DNA of 61,053 nucleotides, filler included, from Dugesia japonica (taxonomy: Eukaryota), in assembly GCA_001938525.1 (NCBI GenBank). It is 6 parts of 6 records of this genome, joined end to end, with 100 filler letters (N's around TTAATTAATTAA, not from the genome) between each part and the next. Parts side by side here need not be neighbours in the genome. Positions count along the whole stretch, not along the records: positions 1 to 13,763 come from MQRL01419954.1; 5 more parts are not named here. One strand, given 5' to 3'. The notes beneath the pieces were generated by a model. The model searched no databases. It was given only the letters and a program-made list of their open reading frames with translations, and had not been told where the DNA came from. The position numbers were made by a program, and so were the translations under genes. Positions 1 to 12,356 of the stretch are shown one piece after another; the stretch's first letter is position 1; each line of letters opens with the position of its first letter.

Positions 1-89
1 AACACAAAACAAACAGACGTTAAACATTTTATTTTCTGTAAATTCTTAGAGGCATATCTACCCATAACGTCAAGAGAAAAATCACTCCT

Positions 90-245
90 AGTCTAAATTT
101 ACTTTTGAGTCCATGGGGAACATCTCGGCAAAACAGCACAAATCTGTTTCATCCGGATGTTCTATCTTTCCATTGGTTATCAAGTGGGCTAGTAATTGTT
201 TATTACGAACGTTTTGTCTCCGTTTCAAGATCTTCCGCAGAATCC
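90..245 (-). pseudogene. Cargo ORF remnant ILRKILKRRQNVRNKQLLAHLITNGKIEHPDETDLCCFAEMFP
   Basis: Manual translation; clearly homologous to the + strand peptide at 11505-11670 in copy C. Confidence 0.65.
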
Positions 246-359
246 TATATAATTCGGCAGGCATGAACTAAATACAAGAATAATATAATTTGCAAACATG
301 ATTCGTGTTTCATTTTCCTATGAAAAAATCGGATCGACGTTATTTTCGAGTGACACTAT

Positions 360-790
360 TAGTAAAAATAACAATAATACCAGTCAACACCTTGATAATA
401 ATACTGATGCTAAGAATAGTTTGGACGGGGGTGATGGTAGCTCTAGAGGTGATAATACCAATTGTGAATTAATAATAATGGTAATCATAATTCTAAGAGC
501 TATAATAACATTCATGAAAATAATAATAATGATGATAATAATAATGATGTTGCTAATACTAATGATATTAATCATACGACTAAGAATAATAATAACAATG
601 ATAGTGAGAATAATAATAATAATAATACTAATAAGAGTAATAATAACGAGGATAATAATGCTACTAAGTATACTAGTAATAATGATAATGATAAGAATAC
701 TAATAATAATACTAATAAGAATAATAATAATAATGATAATCATTAAAAACAACAATATTCACAAAAGCAATGATAATAATAATAATCGTA
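360..790. repeat. AAT-rich low-complexity tract
   Basis: Degenerate (AAT/GAT)n; the I/N-rich ORFs 298-816 and 384-755 are by-products. Confidence 0.85.
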
Positions 791-2609
791 ATTTTAGAAA
801 AAGCTTTTTCTTTTGAATTGTTGCGAGTCCCCGTTGCTTGGTGATTTCCCCCCTTTTGGTAACAGGTTAACTTATTTTAAAAAAACGAACTTATCAATTC
901 ATGTGCATATAGAATGATGTGTCCGGCCTATGACTCAATGGCAGAGTGTGTGTGATATGCTTTCCTATCATATCAGTTCTTGGCTGAATTATATCTGATG
1001 GGATGTCTGTATTTACAGCGAGACACACATAGTTTCATCGAGTGATTTTAGGCATTACAGTTTATTATATGCAATTCTACCGTTCGATATTTATGGAATT
1101 TAGCTATCATATAATGATTGTAGACTCTCCGATTCAACTTTTTCGCGAGCGGATTTATTAATGGAATTCACGAAATCGGTAACTATACCCATGGATTTTG
1201 ATCAACCGGCAACTTGGGAATTAATTATTCTTCATTTGAACGAAGGAATTATAATCTGAATTTTTATGATTGCGAGCATAATGTCATTTAATCCGAATAA
1301 CATAGCTGATTGGTCGAATGGATTGTTGGTTAGTTTATAATTCAAAACTGATCGATGGATACTGATTCCACTTTGGCTTTTTTTTTAAATTTCAAGATTT
1401 TATGTTTCTAACTCAATAAAATTTAGTTCGTTCAAATTTGACTTTTTATAAAAAAAAACAAGATGCATTTTTTAAGCAGAAGTTACTTTTATTTTTTCTT
1501 TTAAAAATAATATTTATCTTTTTATTTATTAAATAATTAATGTTATGAATTTATAAGTTCACAAATGAAAAAATCTAGCCCAACTACATTTATTATGTTA
1601 ACTAATATTCATTTTTCCATATAATAACATATTGATACAAATAAAATAATACTTTACTTTATGATATTGAACCAAAGTTTTCTGCAACGTGTTAATTGAT
1701 AACAAGCGGACTGTTTGGATTATGGGTTCTAGTATCCTGTTCTTTTCCTCCTTCTTGAAACAAATAAAATTTATCCACACGTAAATAGAAGTTTTAATTT
1801 ACTCTTAATTTCTGATATCGAACGATATAGCTGATGTGCGTTAACCTCGTAGTATAAATAATTTTCTTGTTAATTCTTGGACTTGGATAAATCACAATTG
1901 ATTTCTTTTTACGAGTTCTTGCGTATATAATTATACGAAAATTTGTTGTTTTTTAAGCTGATTTTTCTACCAAAACTTGGGCCTTTTTATACCATTTTCT
2001 GATGCAACTCGGCATCATTCTTATTTGGGGGTATTTTTATTTTCAAATACCAGTGTCTTATTGGTGCTGGTGCCATGATTCCAAAATTTTTACAGAGTTT
2101 TAGAACTCTGATTGGTAAGTATTTTTGGAAAGCCATGTGATGGTTTTTTCTTTGTATTATTTTTAGGCCTCCTATTAGTCCGATCTTGTGGACACTGTAG
2201 CAACCCTCTAGATGATGGTAAGTTTTCCTAATTGATAAATCTAATTGACCCTTGCTGTTTTCTTCTTGAATTTTCTTTGCCGGATTCTATCCGACTTTCC
2301 TGACCGGAAATATTTACCGAAAACAGATTTTACTTCAATTTTAATTAATTTTCTGTTTAAATTAATTATTATTTCTTTGCATTTATTTTTTCATTTGATT
2401 TTTCTTTTCTTTAATAATTCTAATAATTTTGTGCTTTCTATAATTAATAACATTGAGTTTGATCCTTTCAGTTTCCTTTTTAAGATTAGTGACTGGTTTT
2501 TTCATTCTGGCTTCTTCACCGATTCCTTAATTTGGTACTGTTCATTCGTGACTCCTTTTAACCTGGATTACCGTTTCTCGGGGTGTTTCGCCCCAATATA
2601 CGTTTATAT

Positions 2610-2825
2610 TTCAGAATAGTCTCATCTATCGAGAATCAACGTAATTTTCTATTAAAAAATGCTATTATCACATTGACTGAAATGCACTGAGTCATCCCTG
2701 ACCTCATCCATTTTCAGTGTGATCATGTTACCTTCTTCAACACCGAAGAAATTTCATGCCCTATCTGTTTTGATTCACCTTTCCTCACTCAGGTCGCAGA
2801 CTGTGGCCATTATTTTTGCCATTAA
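2610..2825 (+). pseudogene. Truncated C3HC4 RING-finger coding remnant
   Basis: Frame reads ...FFNTEEISCPICFDSPFLTQVADCGHYFCH*, the CxxC...CxHxxC half of a RING; one upstream TGA, truncated before the last CxxC. Confidence 0.6.
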
Positions 2826-2934
2826 TTTTTCATCTGGACCTATAATTTCTAATATACATTTCGATAAGATTAATAATAGAAATAACTGGAGCAATGAAAA
2901 TTCGAAATATTAACCATCAGTTTCAACAAAGCAT

Positions 2935-3273
2935 ATGGCCAGAAAATTATATGATAAATACAATGGATTGCCACAACCAAAAGATAAAATTTTAAAACCA
3001 GGTCAAAGTTATTGTTGTGGAGAAAGAGATCATTTACGTTTTGAATGCCCATTAAAGTACAAGTGTTTGATATGTGGAAAAGATGGACATTTATTCAGAA
3101 ATTGTCACTTATTGAATAATCGAAATAGAAATTTTAATAGGCCTATATTATGTATTTATTATGAAAACAATGAAGAGTATTGTGAAGATGAAATAATAAA
3201 TCATAACATTGAAGAACAAAAAACCCAGAACAACCCTGTTGCTTACATTTCGTTAGTGGAGTTGAATCAATGA
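2935..3273 (+). pseudogene. gag: Gag nucleocapsid fragment with two CCHC zinc knuckles
   Basis: SYCCGERDHLRFEC (degenerate) and CLICGKDGHLFRNC. Confidence 0.85.
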
Positions 3274-3958
3274 ATAATGCAATGTACCAGACGAGTGATG
3301 GAAGGCAATGGAGTTGTGTGGAAGTGAAAAATGTTTCAATTAAAATATTGTGGGACTCAGGAGCTGCGATAACAGTTGTTTTGAATTAAAAGAAAGAGTC
3401 TTTTCTAAATTCATATTTTATTAACCTTTCAAAATTTCAACTCAATAATNNNNNNNNNNNNNNNTTTTTTAATTTAACTTTATTTCTATCGTTTCTTGTT
3501 TTCGTTTCATTTAAACACGAAACAGAAAGTAAAAAAGGAAGGATATATATAATTATATTTATTTATTTTATATATACATATTATTTATTTCTAGGTGACA
3601 ACAACAGTGATGAATAAAAAGTGTTGGGAGAAGATTGGAAAACCTTATTTATCAAATACGAATATTATGCTCAGTGGTGTATTTTCTAGAATGAGTGAAA
3701 AGCTGATGGGATCTGTGTCAGTAAACGTGAGATTGAAAGGTAAGATTTGATTAGTAAATATATTAATAGTTAGACAAATTTATCCAAATTTCATTGGTGG
3801 AATACACATAATGAAGAGTTTTGGAATAAAACTAGTGGAAATAAATAATATTCATACTTCTATAATGAAAACAATCATTCAGATGCAGAAAGAATTAGAA
3901 TTGCCTTAGAATGTTTTAATAATAAAAACAATAATAAAAACAAATCTGATAAAAATAT

Positions 3959-5250
3959 ATGGGAAAATTTTTTATGGCTTCGAAATTCGATCTTAGTCAT
4001 ATGACATTGATAAAGCATGAAATAAAAGTAAATAGTGCACCAGTACTGATTCAACCCAGACGTCAACCAATGCACTTAGAATCAAAAATCGACGAACTAG
4101 TAGAAAATCTAATCAAAACAGATGTGGTAAGAAAATGTAAAAGCCCATGGAATTCCCCACTGGTAATTGTTGGTAAAAAAGACGGATCGATCCGGATGTG
4201 TGTTGATTATAGACAGTTAAACGCGGCTACAGAAAAATTTACTTTTCCAATGCCGGATATACATTTTTTGCTTGATTGTTTAGCTGATTCATATTATTTC
4301 TCATCTATCGATCTGTGTCAAGCTTACTACCAAGTAGAGTTGGATGAAAGTTCAAGACTGTTTACTGCTTTCAGTACTAAACGAAGTCAGTTTTGTTTTA
4401 ATCGTATCTCTTTTGGCTTGGCAACTGCACCAGCCACTTTTCAACAACTTATGCATAAACTCTTAGATAGATTAATTTTTACTGGTGCTATTGTTTATCT
4501 CGATGATATCCTAGTATCTAGAAAATCTATACAAGAACATGTCAAAATGTTAGAGGAAATGTTTAAACTAATTTTTAATTTCGGATTAAAAATCAACCCA
4601 GAAAAATGCAAATTTCATCGATAAGAACTCATTTTGTAGGTCACACTATTAATTCTAATGGAATTTGAAACAATTAACTTGAAAATTGCAGAAATACTTA
4701 AAGCAGAAATTTCAAAATGCTTATCAAAGTTAAAATCATTTCTCGGGTTAACAAATTATTATCGCCAATCTATAAAGAATTATGCTGAAATTGCAGCACC
4801 ACTTTATGCGGCCATATCAGGATGTAACAAAAAACTTTATTGGACAAATGAATGCGATCAAAGTTTTAATGACTTGAAAAATAAATCATGTTCTGTGCCT
4901 ATTTTATATTATCCTAGAAAAAATCGAATGTTTATTTTAGATACATATGCTAGTTTTGGAGCAATAGGAGCTGTATTAAGACAAATTAAAGAAAATGGTG
5001 ATGAAACAGTAATTACATATGGATCACGACATCTTTCGGCTCATGAAAAAAAGGATATTGTGTTACTAGAAAAGAATTATTAGCGTTACATGAATGTTAG
5101 GTATTTCAAACAGTACTTATATGACAAACGATTTATCGCATTCCAATTTATCTAATTTTTATGAACACAGCAAAAGTCCTCAATTTAGATCTTCAATATA
5201 GAAAAGGAAGTGAGCATAATAATGCAGANGCTTTATCAAGAATCTCTGAT
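3959..5250 (+). pseudogene. pol: Gypsy reverse transcriptase and RNase H (disrupted)
   Basis: RMCVDYRQLN, IDLCQAYYQV, FGLATAPATFQ, VYLDDIL; SFLGLTNYYR, FILDTYAS, YRKGSEHNNAxALSR. Confidence 0.93.
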
Positions 5251-5475
5251 GTATTATGTTCGCGGTGTGAAACGAAACGCAAAGATGCCAACAGCAGTAA
5301 GTCAAAAGTTAAATACATAAATGGTCTGGACCAAACATTGAATTTTGTGAACAACATTAAAAGTATTCAGAACAACGACATAAATTTTAACGATATTAAA
5401 AGGTACTTAATTAGTGAAATTACAGAATGCTCAGAAATCTGAAAAAATAGTTACCTGTATAAAAGTATTGAAAAC

Positions 5476-6440
5476 TTGAAAATTATTGATGATTTAATTG
5501 TTAAGGAAGACGGTAAAAATATATTCATTTTAATACCAATAAAATTTGCTAATGAATTAGTAATAATGATACACAACGATCTATGCCATCTTGGAGAAAA
5601 AAGGACTTTTAATTATTTCAAGGATCATTATTTTTGGCCATCAATGATCAATACAATACAGTCGTTTTTAAAACAGGACTGATTCCTAGACAAAGTCATA
5701 ATTTACTTGAGAAAATTGTCGTAGACATTGCAAATATGGACAAAACTGAGTCTAATAAAAGTATCTTGTTGTTAATGTAGTCAGATTTAGCAAATTAGTT
5801 TGTTTAACTGCCATATCTAAATTGGATAAATCGATCTGTAAGTTATTTTAAATAATTTGATCTATTATTACGAAAAGCCAATCAGTATTTTAACAGACAG
5901 GGGAAAAAATTTTGAAAGTAATTTTATAAAGGAAAATATCTCAAAAGTGAATATAATACAAAAGTTCATCTCACCTTATCAACAACAATCAAATGGTCTG
6001 GTAGAACGAGTGATACGAACTTTACGAGATATGATGACAACATCAATAAAAAATAGGACTTGATTTGAATTACTGACAAGAATTGAATTCAGCATTAATG
6101 TAACTCAGCAGAATTCGACTAAATTTTTTCCTTTTGAAATAGTTTTTGGCCGGAAAATAAAAATTCATTCTAAATATAACAATTCAGAAACCAGTAAAAC
6201 AGAAATTATTGATGAAGCTAGAATAAATTTAGAAAAAGCTGCTAAAAATTGAAAACTTTTTCGAAAACAAAAAAAGGGGATCTCAGATTTTTAAGGAGGG
6301 AGAGTGGGTTTTGGTACGAGTGGAACCACATAATAGAAAGAAAAATGATTTTCAATATTTCATTTCATATAATTAGATATATTTCATTTAATCAAGTCGA
6401 ACTCAAATGTAAAGATCCAATAAAACAACGAAGAATAGAA
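5476..6440 (+). pseudogene. Gypsy integrase (disrupted)
   Basis: HNDLCHLG...HYFWPSM zinc-binding part; ILTDRGKNFES and PYQQQSNGLVERVIRTL core motifs. Confidence 0.88.
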
Positions 6441-6465
6441 TAGTTAAAGAAGTGGACAGTTTCTT

Positions 6466-6616
6466 AAAGAAGGGGAAAGTTATGGTGTATTATTAATTAA
6501 ATTAATAAGTCCCTTGTTTAAATAATATAATAAATCTTTACTAAACGTGTTACATTTGAATTCTTATTATTGTATTATGAAATCCGATATTAAAGATAGC
6601 ATAACTGGCGACCACG
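6466..6616 (+). repeat. PPT + short LTR (GTTATG...CATAAC, ~6479-6605) + PBS-like TGGCGACCACG
   Basis: Purine run AAAGAAGGGGAAA precedes the LTR; inverted ends GTTATG/CATAAC; TGG-starting PBS immediately after. Confidence 0.7.
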
Positions 6617-6943
6617 CCAAAAATATTAGCGCAGTTACACGACATCAAGAAAACAAATTAATTCAGCGAAAGTTCATCACTTGCAGCAGCTTTTAAATAA
6701 TGTTTAGCAAAACTCAGAGACAAAGCCCGAATACAACAGATAACATTAAAATCTTTGACACCAAAATAAAGACGAAAAATGATCGAAAGATAAATTTCTT
6801 GGGTTGCTAGGCTTTTGATGTTGTTTTAATATTTGATTTTAGTGTTCTTTATTTTTAATCTCTTGATCATAATTACTTCTCCTGCATATCTTTTCAGTCT
6901 TGGAGATGACACCTAGTAACCACAGAAATTTGTGCTACTCTTT

Positions 6944-7294
6944 CTAGTAATAATATCCTCCTTTTCCCGGATTCAGTGGGACTATGCTGTATCCCGTCTT
7001 AGATATGCAATTTCTATTTAATTCGGCTCCCAATCTTGACACCTGGGTAAGTGTACGAACTGTGGAAATCAGTACTTCTTCCCGATTCGCGTAGGTCTTA
7101 ATATTATCTGCCATGGCTCGGCATGTTTGTGATAGCGCCAGTTCACTTTCCTTCATCTTATCAACTTTACTTCTGAGTTGTGCATTCCTTTGTTGTAGAT
7201 CCGTGATCTCATTCTTTAACTTCTTCTGTATGGAGTACCATTTTGCTCTGATGTTGGTCATTGATGTATCAGTGGTTTTCCTGTCATCAGTCAC
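6944..7294 (-). CDS. Coiled-coil cargo protein exon (family CC1)
   Basis: Open 116-aa frame, heptad-like, preceded by TTACAG acceptor; homologous peptides at 58025-58341, 40170-40640 and probably 12357-12724. Confidence 0.6.
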   Translation of the reverse strand: MTDDRKTTDTSMTNIRAKWYSIQKKLKNEITDLQQRNAQLRSKVDKMKESELALSQTCRAMADNIKTYANREEVLISTVRTLTQVSRLGAELNRNCISKTGYSIVPLNPGKGGYYY

Positions 7295-7486
7295 TGTAAT
7301 TAATTGACATATAATATTTTATAATTTTAATTATCTCTATTCAACTATTTTGTAAATGTAAAATTATCCATCATATTATTTAACAATATTATTTAGAAGT
7401 CGAAATCAATGTAATTTGATACTGAATTTATCACTAACTCGTTAGTCAAAATCAAGATAAGAAAATTGCTATATCAACAAAAAAAA

Positions 7487-7975
7487 CTATATTGAGGTCA
7501 ACACATAATTGATCACACGAGTGTCTCGACTGTATATGTTGTCAAATGGTGCGAGCACCTGTTGTAGCACTGTTTCAATTCTACTTGATAATCTCTCGGA
7601 GAGTTTTGTATACTCCTCGGCTTTGATGTGTGTTTTCATCATCGTTTGGATGACGTGCTGCTGCTGCTTTGCGAAATCCGATGATTTTATTAACAGGGAG
7701 ACCAGCTGATCTACTCGCATTTGTAGTGCATTTATTCGCTGTATGTGCTCGACGAATTGTTGTTGCTGTCTTAGTATCTCCTCTTGCATTTCTGTGATCT
7801 TTTCATCTTTGATTTGCAATTGTTCTTGAATTATCCACCACGGATCAGTGTCCGATCCCTCAGTAGTCACCGAATCCCACAATGGTGGCATATTATTACA
7901 TGGCGGTGTCGTGAAGGCACACCCAGCTGGTGTTAACGATTGCATGGCTTCTGTCTTGGTGATTTGCGTAGTCAT
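7487..7975 (-). CDS. Second cargo ORF, Q-rich coiled-coil protein of unknown function
   Basis: Intact 162-aa ORF, GC above flanks, ATG directly after a TTTATAG acceptor. Confidence 0.55.
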   Translation of the reverse strand: MTTQITKTEAMQSLTPAGCAFTTPPCNNMPPLWDSVTTEGSDTDPWWIIQEQLQIKDEKITEMQEEILRQQQQFVEHIQRINALQMRVDQLVSLLIKSSDFAKQQQHVIQTMMKTHIKAEEYTKLSERLSSRIETVLQQVLAPFDNIYSRDTRVINYVLTSI

Positions 7976-10202
7976 CTATAAAGAAAATACAACTAATGCT
8001 ACACGATTAGGTATTTATATAACAATGGTGGAATAATATAATAGTAATTACGGAATTATCTTTTGGCATCACAGGCATCGATCATCCGTCAGTATGGTTG
8101 GATGTGGATCATCATGTTACTTGCATTCATTCATATACATCTCATTACTACTCATTCATTCTCATATCTTTTATCGTGTCATCAACATTATTATTTCGAT
8201 TAAACTTTCATTTGAAAGATATGTTAATGGCGATCTATATCCCTCTAACTGTCAGCTGGTTCTCCTGTGGTGGATTATATCTTTGAATTTCTAAAGGTAA
8301 AACATATCTCAGAGTTGATATATTAATCAGCAATTTTAAAAGAGTAAATTTTATAATCAAAAATAAAGAATTCATAAACATAAACGAAATTGATATTTTC
8401 ATCACATTTACACTACCATTTGTCAATATACACCAGAAAATCATTAAAGAAAAAAAATTATCATGAGAGAATTCAAACACACCAACACCTAACCACATCT
8501 CTTTCCTACTCAAATCTATTAACACATTTTTAATCATAAATCTCTATCAACTGTCAACAACTCTTTCATGTTTATAAACAACTCTTTCAGAGTCCGATTT
8601 TAGCATCATCTTTTTTTATTCGACATTTGAGCCCAATATTTTTATACACATTCTCTCATCACCGGTATTACTCCTTTCACAATCATCTGTATCTCATTAT
8701 CATTTATTCACTATCATTTCTCGTTATCCCCTTCCTCATTATACTATCCTCGCTTATTAACACTTATCAACTCATGTCTTTTACAGTCTTATCATCATCA
8801 TATAATCTTTGTCTCACAATTATCATTGACAATCATCATATAATATTCGTTTCACATTTATCATTGTTAATTCTATTTAATCTCATATATTCATAAACAT
8901 GGACAGCATAATCATATATTATCATAACATTTGTAACAAAACTCATCATAACTCATGGTGACTCGTGATGGATGATCTCGTGAAGCGAAAGACTAAACGG
9001 TATCGGCGACCACTGCTAGCAAAGCTAATGAGTAGTGATCGTCCCCTCAGTCCCTCTTTATAGTCGAATATATGATTTTTTAAAAAAATAAAATGACTCA
9101 AATTACTTTTCGATTTGTTCCGATCCTTCAATGTGAAAGAATTCTACTTGGCACTTTTAACAATAAGTGAACAAGAGTTTAAAATGAAAATTGTTAGTCT
9201 GATTTTACAGAAATTTGCTTTGCCTTTTATACCTCACTGTATCGTCAAATTTTGACAGTTATAGTTGGTGTCCACTTCAGATTTCTGTTAATGCAAATAA
9301 TTGTACGTTGTTCACCCGTAGCTTCCACATAGATGTCCAAATATGGGCGTGATTATTTTTATTTTGTGTTAATTCTGTAGCGGATTATGTGCTCACAGAT
9401 GTTCTATATTTTTTTCCTCAAGTAGAGAGGCTTTAAAAATAGTATTTTTCTTAAAAAATAATAATTTTCTGAAACTTGTCAGGCTTTAGAAATAGCGATA
9501 ACTCCACAATCACATGCAAATATAAACATATCAATCCTAAATTCTTGCATAAAATCATCAGATCTTCTTCTATGTATAATTTTCTTGTTATGATTCCTCC
9601 GGGTTCATTATAAATAATAATATTTATTGAATAATAATAATTTTAATTATATTTATCGATAATAATAATAATTTCACATTTTTATATTTTTTATAAAATT
9701 ATAATAATGTTGGGGTGAAACACCCAGTCAAAGAGAACTAAGACCACGGTGGTCGCCAACTGTAGGATACGAGAAGAAAAGAAAGCTGCACAAATATCTC
9801 GAAGATGATTAGAAAGAGAAGAAGAACATATACAACTATCAGAAAAGGTTGTAAACCAAAGATTAAATAAACCGCATAAATGAAGCTGATAATAATTAAC
9901 TCGAGCAATCAAGCGAGCGCCCATCGAGGCTATCAATCAAAGAAAATTATCAAATCATTAATTCAATAAATAAGAAAATTATTTAACAATTAATTAATTA
10001 CCAAGAAAATATTAATTATTTTAAATGCAAAATAAAATAAAACAAGGTCGAAATCCGTTTCTTGCAAATAACTTTGCTCCGGGAAGTCGCAGAACTCCAG
10101 CGCAAGAAAATTCAAGAAGAGCGAAGAACGGGACATCTAAATTTTATCATTAAAGAATTCCACCTTCATCCAGAAGGGTGTGATCGAGATCCAAATATTG
10201 AG

Positions 10203-10403
10203 CCAATAAGAACCTAGAAAATAAACATGAAACAAAGACCAGAAAATCACATGGCAACTTAAAAATAGCCACCAATAGACACTCTAAAAGTCTTAGAAAA
10301 ATTCTGAAACTCAGCACCATTACCAATAGAAAACGAAAAAATTTGAGTTAAAAATAGGAACCAATGACAATGGTGTCGAGATGTATCGGGGAAGCTATAT
10401 AAA
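10203..10403 (+). promoter_or_regulatory. Pol II promoter: four CCAAT boxes followed by TATATAAA
   Basis: CCAAT at 10203, 10272, 10323 and 10361; TATATAAA at 10396-10403; related ATTGG boxes in copies A and D; TATA conserved in copies A, B and F. Confidence 0.65.
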
Positions 10404-11504
10404 CCCCAGAAAAAACTTAGAAAACCACCTTAAAATTTCTCGTTATTCAGCATCAATTATTGTGTGAAATCATACCGTGCCTGATACGAAATATTGTACA
10501 CGTTATTGGAGAAATCAGTCAGTGAAAAATTCCACCTTTACAGCGGTTTATTTTTAGAAAAGTAACAATTGAAATTATTGGTTGCATTTTAGAAAAATAG
10601 AACCGGTAAATATCAGAAGCGCAAGTGAAATATTTTAGTCAAAAATCAATATCGACAACATTCCCGTTGCAGCTACGAGAAAATTATCAACAAGTGAGTA
10701 TGCGTTTAATCTGCTTGATAAGTTGTATGTCAATAATTGTTTCAGTATATTTTTTTGTATGGAACGAGTATCAATAAATAAACATTTTTAATTTGATTTA
10801 ACTATCTAAATTTCTATAGAAATTAATAACGGGAAAGTTCCTCGTAAGATATAGTTGAGTGTTAACTTAAATGAAAGCGCGACAAATGTTATTTTCCCTC
10901 CAACTCAATATTGAATAATTCTAACACACCGATTAAGGTGAAGTAATTAGCCATGCATGCATAGCTCTCCTATTGGAGTAATATCTAAATCCCATTTATG
11001 TTTTTAGCACTGATAAAATTAACTATTCACGCATATCGTGATACAATCGGGATTTGGTCAATGAATAAGAAATTTTTGTTTTGGTTGTGCACTAAAGCTA
11101 GCTGATTATATTTCAACGTGCTCATATGCAATAGCTCAGTTGGAAGCAATGTGTGTGATATTAGTTGTAACAAACCAAGTCCTAATTAATGGTGACTAAA
11201 TCACTCTTCCAATGAGTCATTTCCACAAGCCATAATTCATATCAAATATTTGCAGTATCACTATAACCAAGGTTCTTTGGTAGTCATATCTTGGCAATTA
11301 GTGTATGGAAATTTTGCTTATTTCAATGCGACCGGGCCAATTTGGAATTATTTATTATGCTTTGAACAGTGTCCCTTTGGGGAATCTTCTCAAAATTGGA
11401 ATATGTCCTTTTTGTTGCTCAAATTTTTCATGCAACCATATTCATGGATATTGCTCACTGTTACACTGACAAACACCGCTGATATTTTTCATAAAAATCA
11501 GGAG

Positions 11505-11670
11505 ACATAAGGTGCTCAAACTAATTCGGAAACAGCGTGAGACCGTCAGATTAAGACAGTTAGTGGCCCAACTATTAACAAGGGGAAAATAGAACATCCA
11601 GACGAAACGGATTTAGCTTGCTTCGTGGAGATGTTCCCCTCAGTGATCCCCACAGATATCGATGCATAGA
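11505..11670 (+). pseudogene. Cargo ORF remnant (VLKLIRKQRETVRLRQLVAQLLTRGK/IEHPDETDLACFVEMFP)
   Basis: One-base frameshift at ~11589; conserved with the copy A peptide. Confidence 0.65.
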
Positions 11671-11842
11671 GTATCCCCTTTTTAAACAAGAATGCGACCC
11701 GTCAATTGCTGTTAATTGTTAGACAATAACTTTGCACGTTGAATAATTATATTTTGTTGTTTATTTCTACTTTTCACTAATTAAACTAGACTGAAAAATC
11801 TCCTATATTATAATTTAAACAAAGCTTCGATATAATTATAGA

Positions 11843-12199
11843 ATGGAATCTATCTGGGAAAGGATAATCAATCGACGAACCCGTCGAATAATCTTTCGGC
11901 GACATCACAACCCCTACAATCATGACGCGGGCATCTTAGCCGACAGGTCTAATTTGCCCCCAGTGGAGTCCATTGTAACTCGTTTAAGAGATTTTGGAGA
12001 ACGTCAGCAATATCAAACTTGAACGGGCCCCGATCGAACCCTTGCGATGAACTTCCGATATCAGCCTACAATGCCACCCCCAGCTCCCGCGGTACAGGCC
12101 TTTATCTCTTACCTTCTCTGGGGGGTTAGGGAGCCAACCGGAGTGGCCGATAGTGAAAATACAGCACCCAATGTTGACACTAATAATAATCCCCAATGA
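11843..12199 (+). pseudogene. Cargo ORF (MESIWERIINRR...), one internal TGA
   Basis: 118-codon frame following an ATTATAG acceptor; GC-rich relative to flanks. Confidence 0.5.
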
Positions 12200-12356
12200 A
12201 TGTTGTTTTGTTTTAGAATACGAATAAATAGGTGTCTTGTTTAGAGTTCAATTATATTATATCTTCACGTTAAGATTAAGATAAACTTCTGTTTCCAGTT
12301 ACATTACGTTGTTGTCTTGTTCTTATCTTCGTAATTAATAAAAAATAATATTTCAG

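Larger units (their letters stand above)
1..2598 (-). mobile_element. Copy A of TGTTGGG/CCCAACA-ended cargo-carrying element family (left-truncated by window)
   Basis: Ends GGGGTGTTTCGCCCCAATA (2580-2598), matching the reverse complement of the 9708 terminus TGTTGGGGTGAAACACCC. By eye, 2060-2340 aligns to the reverse complement of 10050-10330 and 70-240 to that of 11510-11690. Minus-strand TATAAAA near 1985-1991. Confidence 0.75.
2860..6605 (+). mobile_element. Degenerate Ty3/Gypsy LTR retrotransposon (gag-PR-RT-RH-IN, PPT, 3' LTR)
   Basis: Two CCHC knuckles (2935-3273), protease ILWDSGA (~3345), RT with SPWNSP/RMCVDYRQLN/YLDD, RNase H and integrase (ILTDRGKNF, QSNGLVER) in Gypsy order; many stops and frameshifts. 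Confidence 0.95.
6797..9500 (-). mobile_element. Copy B of TGTTGGG-ended cargo element family (right end approximate)
   Basis: Starts TCTTGGGTTGCTAGGCTTTTGATGTTG, co-linear with 57716 onward. Shares the coiled-coil exon, a hairpin motif (6978-7000) and the TATA region (minus TATAAAA ~9224-9230) with copy F. Confidence 0.75.

Noticed and set aside
298-816. 172-aa and 123-aa Ile-rich membrane-like ORFs
   Set aside because: Translations of a degenerate AAT tract, with no real protein signal
11130-11165. tRNA/SINE A-box-like TAGCTCAGTTGG
   Set aside because: No B-box or cloverleaf downstream
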